NCBI GenBank assembly: GCA_032718475.1
Contig: JAUCBJ010005101.1
Span: 1 to 64,000, forward strand
From: Nemertoderma westbladi
Lineage: Eukaryota; Animalia; Xenacoelomorpha
Length of the DNA stretch: 64,000 bases
Direction of reading: 5' to 3'
Shown here: positions 1-9,410 of the stretch, piece after piece
Numbering within the stretch: position 1 is the first letter of the stretch
How the letters are laid out: every line of letters starts with the position of its first letter
Made by a program: the position numbers and the translations under genes
Notes under the pieces: model-generated
Databases searched by the model: none
Seen by the model: the letters and a program-made list of their open reading frames with translations, nothing else
Told to the model about the DNA's origin: nothing

Positions 1-171
1 GCCACGCGTTGCGGTTTCCGGTATTTCCGTTCGGGGTACCGGCGACGCAAGCGGTGTGACATCGGTGGAATCTCGGGTTCTCCTTCTCGGTTCGTCTACT
101 GTCGATCTGTCCGGGTCGCACGAGTCATAGTCGGTAGGTGGGTATCTCGTCGAATGGGGTGTGTCACTCAT
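1..171 (-). CDS. Possible 5' end of an ORF running off the window edge (MSDTPHSTRYPPTDYDSCDPDRS...), product unknown
   Basis: ATG at 171-169 preceded by AT-rich sequence; 57 codons without a stop to position 1; abrupt switch to GC/CpG-rich composition. No recognisable motif. Confidence 0.3.
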   Translation of the reverse strand, partial: MSDTPHSTRYPPTDYDSCDPDRSTVDEPRRRTRDSTDVTPLASPVPRTEIPETATRG

Positions 172-240
172 GTCTTATTATATACGTCAAGTACGGATAA
201 TAAAATGTCAAAGTGTCTGAATGTTGAAGTGTCAAACTTA

Positions 241-460
241 CCTAACCGGTACAAATAAATCAACAAGTCAGAATGTCGAAATGTCAAAATGTACAAATGT
301 CAAACTTACTTTGATATATATATATATCATATATATACCCTAACCGGTACAAATAAATCAACAAGTCAGAATGTCGAAATGTCAAAATGTACAAATGTCA
401 AACTTACTTTGATATATATATATATCATATATATACCCTAACCGGTACAAATAAACTAAC
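241..460. repeat. 98-bp tandem repeat, ~2.2 copies, with (TA)n core
   Basis: CCTAACCGGTACAAATAAA recurs at 241, 339 and 437. Confidence 0.9.
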
Positions 461-1384
461 AAGGTATATAATAAAATAAGTAGTAATCTAGCCTACCGGC
501 TAAATTTGTACGAATAAGTGAGATAACGTTATACGTTAACAAAATGTAGATCAACAAGTATAAACAATAGGCCAAACAGCAACGTCTAACGGGAAAATAT
601 GTACCAACAACACTACTAAATAGACAGTGAAACCCACAAATTTTGAGTACTACTGTGCTTTCTTAAGTTTGAACGACGCGAGTCGTAAAACTTACGTTCC
701 TTTGATCTTCCAGTCGTACAAATTCCCAAATACAAACCGGACGTGGGTTTTTCCGTTTTTCGGCGGCGCGGACGAATTTATTGTCTCCCAAACTTTGCGA
801 AAAGCGGTCTAATCCTCGAAGCGGTCCAGAAATGAGTCCTTGAGTCCTGAAAAGGTCGAAGGTGAGAGTTTTACTTCTACGCTTACGAAAAATCTTCCTA
901 GGTACCGATACAAATTGGTCTTTAAACCCTATGTACCTTTTCAAGTACCGAAAAGTAACACCGCACACACACGGCGTAAAACAAAGTGCTACAAACTAAC
1001 TGTTAGCTAGTCAAAGATTAAATACGAAAGTACTAGCTACCCTAAAAGCCTACTGAAGCAGGGGACGTTCTAAATTACTAAATTTACTAACCTTAAATTT
1101 TAAATATCTCCTACTTTCAATAGCTAACAGATCTAAACTATACTATACGCTAATTTCAGAATTTGTATAATATACTTCCTACTGTAAGGTAGGAATACTA
1201 TACACTATGATAGAAGTACTATATACTAATTTATATAAAATACTTCCTACTGTAAGGGTCCAGTAGTATACCGCTTACCAGATCCTAGTAACGATGTATC
1301 TTACTATGAGACTCTAGTAATGTATACGGGCTTGTACAGTATCTGACAACAAATCCCAGTCCAGGATATCTAAACAAACAGATA

Positions 1385-2966
1385 TAGTACACAAACGACT
1401 ACTGGCGAGGAACAGAGCCTTGTATCTATTCTATGTACGTGAGCGGGTCTAATGCCTACGTACTAGACAGAAGGATACCTGTCCTCTAACCGGTGAGGCA
1501 GATGTACAGTTACAGTAACAGACCAAACTCACGGGAAAACAATCCCCGCGCAGCGAATCCTAACTATCACTGACAGTCCTAAATACAGTAACTTGCCGCG
1601 GTGTGATTTATATGGGTTATATTCGAACTAGGTGGTTAACAGACCTAGTGTAACAATGCTGATCATCCCTGTCGAAATCAGCCCTAAAAGTCGTGCCTAA
1701 ATGTAACAATAACTGATGGATAAAAATCAACAGTTTAATAACGAAATGAAATACTCCTTATCGCCGCAACTAAATCAGATCCTAATTTTTCAAATACAGA
1801 CAATTTCCACCTAAAGTAATGTATAGTACGCTATAGCTAGTAGAACTTTAAGGGCAATATGTTTTAGGGCGTGTGTGTGTGGGTGTGTTACAAATAAAAC
1901 AATTTCGTGTAATTCCTTTTACTAGGTTTTAGTGATTTTCTGACCGAAATGATACCGTGCGCTAGCTACTAAAATAAACTAGTCGCGTTTGTAGAACTTT
2001 ATACTCACGAATGACGTCAAAGCTCTCTCCTTCCTATCCACAACCCAATGGGCAACCACAGTGTTAGTAACTACACCCGTGATCGGCACTAATACCAGAT
2101 TCTGGTTGTAAGATAAGAATAGGGGTTAATCGCTACCGTACGTTAGCTGATCTATACTATGTATACTAATGATGTACTTATGAGGTATACTAATTTAATT
2201 CTAGAACTTTGTTGCTGCGGTAGTTAGCAGCAATACCTATCAGTACGTGGCAAGGCGCGGTAGGATATTAATAAACCTCCCTAGGCCAAGCAGTGTGCCG
2301 GTAGCAGAAATGCTCCTTGCCTGATCAAATAGCTAACTCCAGACAGGGGGGGGGGGGGGGGGGGGGGTACTAATGTACGTTCTACAAAGCGAACCGGTAC
2401 CAAACAGTCAGTGCTATGAATCACTAAATTATGGAACGTATGCTGTCCGTACCTAATATGTACTCGCGTACTGACGAATGGCAATAGTTCGCACCTGTAG
2501 GAAGTACAGGTTAACCCAGGGATTCGTAGGACTGACGAAAGGGGGGGTGTCTGGATATAATTATTTGATCCTAAATTTGCGGCGTCCAGTACGGTGTCAC
2601 GCTTACCCTGATCTATAGGTCTTACGGCGGGCAAGGGCGTCGAACAAAGTCTTACCTTCTCACGAAGCGGGCGCTGCATAGCAAGTGGAGTATTTCGAAG
2701 GGGCAAAGGGGGTGCGCGGTCAATCCAATGTGGGCGCTAGCGTGTTGTGGACATCCCTTCCCTGCGTTGCTTACGGCCTAACGGTCTAGGCTGCCATCTC
2801 CCTGATGTTCGGCTGTCCCGAAGTTGGACCAAAAGAAAACATGTCAGGAATTTGCAGTATATTTACAGTTTTACAAAAGGATTTATCAAATAAAGTTTCA
2901 ACAAGAAACCGAAATAAACTAATAACAATTTAGGAATCAAGGGGTAGTAATAACGATAGTAAGAGT
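1385..2966 (-). ncRNA. Putative long structured non-coding RNA, copy 1
   Basis: Block-wise homology to 4527-5916 with 1-nt indels and no shared long ORF; conserved helices, mostly with G-U-compatible changes on the minus strand; TATA/Inr upstream. 3' limit is only the end of visible homology. Confidence 0.5.
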
Positions 2967-3241
2967 GATAACCGAAGGCAAACCGGCCTTTTATACTAGA
3001 AATTGCACATGGAAACTAAACAGAATTTTCCACAGCTTCACCATTGAGCAATGAAGTGCTTCGTGCTCTATGATTGGCCCAGCTCATCGTTCAACGCAGT
3101 CCGGCCCTTACACTAATCTGGGACATGGAATCCTAACAGAATTTTCCACTGCCTCACATTTGAGCAATAAGATAATTTATGCCCTATGATTGGCCTGGCT
3201 CATCATTCGCTACGCTGTACGCTTCTCATTGGCCTACCAAT
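2964..3241 (-). promoter_or_regulatory. Pol II-type promoter of copy 1: Inr-like TATCACT, TATAAAAGG, GAAnnTTC dyads, CCAAT boxes
   Basis: Minus-strand TATAAAAGG at 2995-2987, 29 nt from the Inr A (2966); ATTGG at 3073, 3189, 3228; GAAttTTC at 3023 and 3139 inside a ~116-bp duplicated module. Same layout in copy 2. Confidence 0.65.
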
Positions 3242-3280
3242 TAGCACCACACGAAAATAAATGGCCCCAAAATACAAATT

Positions 3281-3350
3281 TCCCGACTGGGATTCGAACT
3301 CGTAACCTATGTAATGTAACCAACGCCTTAACCATCTGACCACTACGCCA
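3281..3350 (-). pseudogene. tRNA-derived sequence (SINE head or tRNA pseudogene)
   Basis: Minus strand has A-box-like TGGTCAGATGG and B-box GAGTTCGAATCC at tRNA-like spacing; acceptor and anticodon stems do not pair well. Confidence 0.55.
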
Positions 3351-3817
3351 CGAGAGTACCTAAGGGTTTTATGTGTACAAATATGAATAGGCATATTACA
3401 TTACTGTAACTTAATCAAAATACGTCGGATTTTCGAAAGTTTTTACGTTAAAGTTAAACTACAAATGCTACCTTATAGTGAAATAATTCATCAGTGTTAA
3501 TTATTAGATTAGTAAAAAATATGTAGAAAATAATAAGTTAGGGCGCCTCACACTGCACTCTTACGGGCATGTTGGTTTACTACAGTGGCGAGCCCAGCCA
3601 TTACTACACTGGAGCCTTTCTCTCTACCTAAAGGTAGAGAGAACTCTACCTCAGAACTCTACCTCAGCGCCAACATGCTGGGCTTTACTTACACTCAGCC
3701 TGTATTCACTGGCTGTGATTGACAAGCCAACGTGCCTCAGCAGTTCCTTTCATGAATACCGCAGTTTTTACTTGGCCATTTTGGTAATTTTGGCCGCCAA
3801 AATGACCAAGTTAATGT

Positions 3818-4339
3818 TTATTGGGATTGGGACTGTAGTTTCCGATTAATTCTCGGTGACTTCCAAATCCTGGAAAGCCTATTCAAGGCTGCCCATGCCT
3901 TTCCCTTATGTATTCGATGGTCCTCACCTGACTTCCGGATCCATGATCCCAGGTAACAGAAGTCGTCCACATTCTCAAGCATACCATCCTTTGAGCTTAT
4001 GCTCATCCGATCAGAGACTTTCTGGAGTTAATAAAAAGACCAACACTAAGAATCAACATGTTCTAATGAGCTGAGGAGCCCTTGGGCTCCCTCTAGTGAT
4101 TCTGAGAGTACTCCTAAGTCATCAGCAAAGTCTAGATCAGTTAGGTACTTGGCAGGATTTCCTCGACTTCTGGAGCCAGTAGGTGGAGTTATCATCACCC
4201 CATCATCATTATGATGATCTAAGGACATGCGTAGAACATAGTCAACCACAATTATGAACAAGAATGGTGCAAGTGTGTCTCCCTGGAGGATGCCCCATAA
4301 CACTTCAAATGGTTCTGTTTCACCATCAACAGTAGACAC
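3818..4339 (-). mobile_element. RTE-like non-LTR retrotransposon RT fragment
   Basis: ORFs 4046-4339 (GILQGDTLAPFLF, DLDFADD) and 3818-4006 (FCYLGS); same family as 13555-14180 and 17285-17875. Confidence 0.85.
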
Positions 4340-4526
4340 ACCTACTGCACTAAGTCACGACCTACTACCTACTGCACTAAGTCACGACCTACTGCACTTA
4401 CGTACTACTGTAGAGCACTTACGTGCTTTACAGAACGTATAAGTTCTACTGTACTGAAATTAACTAATTAATACCACATAACCTACTGTAAAATGTCAAT
4501 GCAATCGGGCCTAATAATAGAGACTA

Positions 4527-5916
4527 AAAGTACACAAACTGCTGCTGGCGAGATCGGTGCCTTATGTCTTACACTAAACTTGGGCAAATCAATTGCCCGA
4601 CTTGACAATCAGGGTGACTGGTCCCTAACTGGTGAGGCAGAAGTGCAGTCTACAGAAACAGACCGAACTCGTGAGAAACAATCCCGCATAGCGAATGCTA
4701 ACTATGTACCACTACTGTAATGGACTAAAACTACTGCGGACTTGCCGCGGTGTGAGTTATATGGGTATAATAACGAGCCTGTGGGTTGATCGTGCACTAC
4801 TGTAGCGTAACGATACTGCCGATCCAGAAAGACAGTTAAAGGATGATATCAGTAGTAGAACAGCAATCTTAAGAAGTGTGTTTGTGTGCGTTGTGTTATG
4901 GCAAAGTGTAATGTTTTCACAATCCTTTATTACTAGGTTTTGGTGACTTTTAACAAAATACTAACTTTGGGCGCTAGCTACTAGAATAAGCTAGTCGTTC
5001 TCTATAAGCGTGATACTTACAAACTGACGTCAAAAGGGGCTCTCTCCTTCTATATTCACAACTCGATCGGGCAAATACAGTATTAGTAACTACGCCCGTA
5101 ATCGGCACCTGATACCAGACTCTGATTATGAAAATAGAGATAGAATGTTAATTGCTACCATACTGCTACTGTAGCTGATCTGGAATGTATTTAATTCTAG
5201 AGATGTTGTTGCTGCGGTGTTATACAGCAATACCTAGCAGTACGTGGCAAGGGCGCGGTAGGGTGTTAGTAACCGTCCTTTAGCCTAAATATTGTGCCGG
5301 TAGCAGAAAGCTGCCCTTTGCCTGAGCAAATACGTCAAACCCAGACAGATCAGTTGACAACACGGCCTACAGAGCTAACCAGTACAGAATCGCTAGTACG
5401 GTAAAGTCACCAAATTACAGAGTGTGATATTTGCACTTAGTGTACCTGAGTGCACTAAAACAGCACCAGCTCACACCTGTAGGTCGTGCAGGTCAACCGT
5501 GGGGTTTCTGTCTGGATCCAAGATATTTTACTCCTAAATTTAACGGCGTCCCAGGACGTCCTCACACTTCACCCTGATCTACAGTCTTACGAATGAATGA
5601 ACGAAATCTTACCTCTGGCACGGGCTGGGCAGTCTCAGGCTGTCGAATCAGGTTCTAAATGCGTGTGGATGATTTTTGCAGGTTCCTTATGCGTTGCAGG
5701 CATTTCTCCCCCTTGCGTTGCTGTCGCCTAAAGATTTAGGCAGCCATCTGTCTAATGTTTGGCCGTTTTCAAGATAGATACTTTAAAAACTACATGCTAG
5801 ATTTTTGTAGTATATTTTAACGTAAAATCAAGAATACAAAACTTTACAACTAATTTATTAAACTAATCACAATAAGAAGTTTCACAATTAACAAGAAGGA
5901 GATAAGTTTAACAAGT
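4527..5916 (-). ncRNA. Putative long structured non-coding RNA, copy 2
   Basis: Homologous to 1385-2966; same helices (e.g. CCAGACAGA/TCTGTCTGG, TTGCTGT/GCAGCAA, CTAGCT/AGCTAG); no long ORF. Confidence 0.5.
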
Positions 5917-6092
5917 GATAACTAAAGGACAAATTGCACCTTTTATAGTAAATCTGGGGTGTGGAATAGCACTACTGTAGAACCTTCTATACATTCTACG
6001 ACATTCCATGAGCTCACATTGGTCCTATAAATTATTTAGCACATACTATTGGTCCAGCTAATCAGTTCTATCAGGTGTACGTACGTAATTGG
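5914..6092 (-). promoter_or_regulatory. Pol II-type promoter of copy 2
   Basis: Minus-strand TATAAAAGG at 5947-5939, 31 nt from the Inr-like TATCACT A (5916); GAAccTTC at 5980; ATTGG at 6018, 6048, 6088. Confidence 0.65.
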
Positions 6093-6103
6093 TTCAACTA
6101 CTT

Positions 6104-8830
6104 TAAGGGAGGGGTACACCATTTTGGTCAAAAATATGTCGAAATTTTTTTTATGATCTATTATAATGCACCATTAAATGGTATTTCCAAATCGGAAAAT
6201 CGCTATTTAATAGCTCTTTTAGTTTTTAAGTTATAACAATTTCCATTTAGGGTTTCCTATTGAAATTACTATTACTATGTATAATGAAAGCTCGATTATC
6301 TCTAAATATTTATTTTATGAAATTGTCAACTTCAAAAAAGTACTACTACTTCTACAATTTTTGAGCAATTAGTCTGAAACTTTCTGTGGGTGTCTACATA
6401 GCCACCCTGCATAAAAGTATCAGACAACTTTTCAAAATTATTTGTTAATAAAATTTAATACTATTTATAACAAACCTAAAAATTAGGCATAAATTTGCAG
6501 CGCCACCTAGCGGTGCAGAATTATTTTCACAAAATGTCGCCTGATAGTTATGTTGCCCCATCGTTGATCTATCATATAAAAAACCTTTCATGTGATTAGA
6601 TTTAAAACTGTAAAAGCCTTAGGGTTTTAAGCGCAACCAAGCACTTTTTTTTGTTGTTAACTAGTATTAACTAATATTAAATAGCGAAAAATAAAAATTT
6701 TCTAATCTGTCATGTAGAATAGCATCTTAGGCACCAATATTCCAAATTATAGCCAAAACCAAACAATTTTGAAACGCTGAGAGTGATAAATCGAAGAGTT
6801 GTCCGAAAATGGTGTAAAAAATGTGTACAAATAGCTATCTAAACGAAATAATTCCACATTAATGTTTTTGTGAGAATAACGTGCCACGTAAGAAATTGTT
6901 ATAGCAGAAATAGAATCAGTACTCAATATAGGAGTACATGCTGGGCTCAAACTGCAGAGGATACCAATCCTCTGAATGGTACTTAGACATGAATGCAACG
7001 TTGGGTTCATTGTGTCAAGTAAGTATATAATGAACACATATATAATCAGATGCAGACACTATACTGCATTGGAAATATGAAACATTGGAGCTGCCACAGA
7101 AGCGAGATTTTAACTGCTACTTTGTAATCATTTCAATGTGATTTTAATGTGAGACAGAGCGTGTGGAATTTCGGTCCACCGGTTTGTGGTATAAGATTGG
7201 TGAACGAATAAGAGTGGTGAAGGGGTGTCATCCCGTGAGTGTTGTGGGTCAATTATCACGCAGGGAGAGTACAGTTTACGAGTTTGTATGTAGTAGTGCA
7301 TAGTGGAGAGGTAAGGCCCATGGATAGGTTTAAGGAGGAAGTGGAGAAGTTGGAGAGATTCGATGATGATGATGTGTGGGAATTTGTCGCCAGAGAGTGA
7401 GGGAATCCCGAAGATTCAGGCGGTTAGGTTGAGTAGGTTGTTGGGAAAGGCAAGGTCTCGGGTGAAAGAGTCGTACTTGAGTGGGGATATTATGCCTGTA
7501 GAAAGAAGTTTGATACGTGTCTATATGAGTAGGCTATGAGGAGAATCTTGGTACACATGGATACCTTGGGATGTACATGCTATGTACATGGAGGTGGAGG
7601 GTCACAGAAAATGGTAGTGGTACTCTGACTATGCATTGTTTCTGAGGGAGATGCATGGTTCATGGGTGAGAAGTTGGTTTCTCCCGTCAGGAATTCTGGA
7701 GGGGGAGGGGGAGGGGGGGGGGGGGGGGGGGTTGCGGGGGTTACCCTCCATGTCGATGAGAGGACATGTTGCGGGATGGGGAGATGGCCGTGCGGGGATG
7801 CATAGGGGTTTGGATGATTGGATAGATGAGTTGGTAGAAGGTGAGTGGACAGTCCGTCCCAGAGACTCCTCTTGTGGTTGTGGTATACCGTACTAGTAGT
7901 TGGCCCTACTTGCATAATGAGAGGGGGCTACCAGATATCCACCTACTGCAGTTTAGTGGTTTCCCTGTAACATGGCCACAGTTTGGAGTACCACAACCGG
8001 CCTTCCTTATCTCTTTGGGGCAGAGGATCTTTCACAAAGGATTCTTTATAGAATCAAAGTGACAATCTAAATATAACTTTCTTAATCGACACTTCTTTTC
8101 AGAGGAAGTAAATCTATAAAATCGAAATTATATGGTTCATTCCACCCTTATTTGCCAGTAACAATTCCATACAATTAATGGGGGGTGAATCACTTTCGAC
8201 AACTTGTATTTTTTCACACCAATGTCGTTAAAAGTTCTTGGTTTATTCTTTAATTAAGATTTAATTTTCATAAGATGTTATTCTACAGGTGTGATTGAAA
8301 ATTTTAAATTTTCATCTATATAATATTAGTTGCTTTAAACCCTAACTAAGGCTTCTACAGTTTTAATTCTGAAATCATGAAAGTTTATTACATGATAGAA
8401 GAATGGTGTTGCAACATATCTATTAGGCAAATTTAAATAAAAATTGTCTGCGCCATTAAAGGGGCGCTTCAAATATGTGCTATTTTTCAGATAATCACAA
8501 ATTAGTATAAATAGTAATATCTAATTATTATATATGGTTTTCTGATTCGTTTGTTCACAATCGCAATCTAAACATTGAGTGGATATTTAAAATAATTTGG
8601 ACAAAATGTTGCAGAATAAGTAGGATTTCGAAGTTGCTAAAGTCGGAAATAAATATTCTTAGAAAATTTAAGTTAAAATAAATTAACAATTTTTTTAAAT
8701 TGTTTTCAGGTTATGAAAACTGTCATAACTCGAGAACTAAAAAAGGGACTGCGAAGCCGTTTTCAGATTTGAAATCTTCGTTAAATTTCAGATTTCAGAT
8801 CATAACCGATTAAAACCTGATGAAAATTTG
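6104..8830. mobile_element. Diverged long inverted repeat (~6150-6840 vs ~8170-8800), probably relics of a non-autonomous DNA transposon
   Basis: 6601-6637 (AAAACTGTAAAAGCCTTAGGGTTTTAAGCGCAAC) is the reverse complement of 8329-8366 with few changes; flanking blocks also match. Left end starts TTAAGGG; matching right terminus not found. Confidence 0.5.
6930..7090 (+). mobile_element. Degraded fragment of the RTE-like family
   Basis: GGGTTCATTGTGTCAAGT...CAGACACTATA...CATTGG matches 13824-13881. Confidence 0.6.
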
Positions 8831-9045
8831 CAAAATTATTATTAAATTTATAAGTAAAATTATAGTTTTTAGTTATTAATTATAAAATTATATGTTAAAG
8901 AAATCTTATGTTAAAGAAATCGAAAAATACAGTAAATGACTCTATATCACCTAGAGACTCTGCTATTAGCTATTTAGCTTCCAAGAGAGCAATCAGTTGT
9001 ACCAGTTGGCCTAATGATACTAACTATTGATCCCTAGATGCAGGT

Positions 9046-9410
9046 ATGGGGCTTGATATGTCAGTAGTCGACAGTATCTTAGACATTATAGTAAAGACTC
9101 CAGACTCCAATATTGGTGCAATTGCGTCATCACAGTTTGTTGAAACGATATCCAAACCTTACGCCATCAACACAACAGTAAAATTTGTTGCCAAGCATTA
9201 CATAAATCCTGATTGTACCACATTGATGTGTCCTGAGTGTTCCAATAGCCACTGGGTTTTACACGTTGCCAACATAAAAGACAAGGAAGTCAATCGATGT
9301 TCATTAGGTCATATACACCAGAGCAAAATTTCAATCTGTAAAATCCTCGATTTTCTAGATGTTCATGCACCAAGGATGTAACACGCAGAAGCATGTTTAT
9401 CACACGGTGT
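9046..9410 (+). pseudogene. Possible Ulp1/SENP-like (clan CE) cysteine protease relic
   Basis: TLMCPECSNSHWVLHVANI resembles the catalytic-His strand; LDMSVVDSILDII resembles the LND..ID.Y block; a degenerate Q-x-YDCGVF-like stretch lies at ~9385-9411. Confidence 0.3.

Noticed and set aside
2281-2706. Hsp70 pseudogene (IDQGKRDT..DAA resembles NDQGNRTT..GDAA) or real 141-aa protein
   Set aside because: The frame is not kept in copy 2, no other Hsp70 motif is present, and the poly-Pro comes from a G homopolymer.
1385-2966. Diverged SSU rRNA: length ~1.5 kb and echoes such as GGAAGG...TGACGTCA, CCTAGTAA, CACACCGC
   Set aside because: Universal motifs (GTGCCAGCAGCCGCGGTAA, AAACTYAAAGGAATTG, GTCGTAACAAGG) are absent, spacing is wrong and the promoter is Pol II-like; a cmsearch would settle it.
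1-3000. Artificially reversed or complemented sequence (high TA/CG content)
   Set aside because: Reversed and complemented readings of the part I tested (~600-970) gave no recognisable protein, and correctly oriented TATA/Inr/CCAAT elements argue for natural polarity.
1385-5916. Telomerase RNA, group I/II intron, RNase P or hammerhead
   Set aside because: No telomeric template and no complete conserved core motifs; CTGACGA matches in copy 1 are not conserved in copy 2.
7580-8062. Pro/Gly-rich ORFs
   Set aside because: Driven by a G homopolymer and purine bias; no domain motifs.
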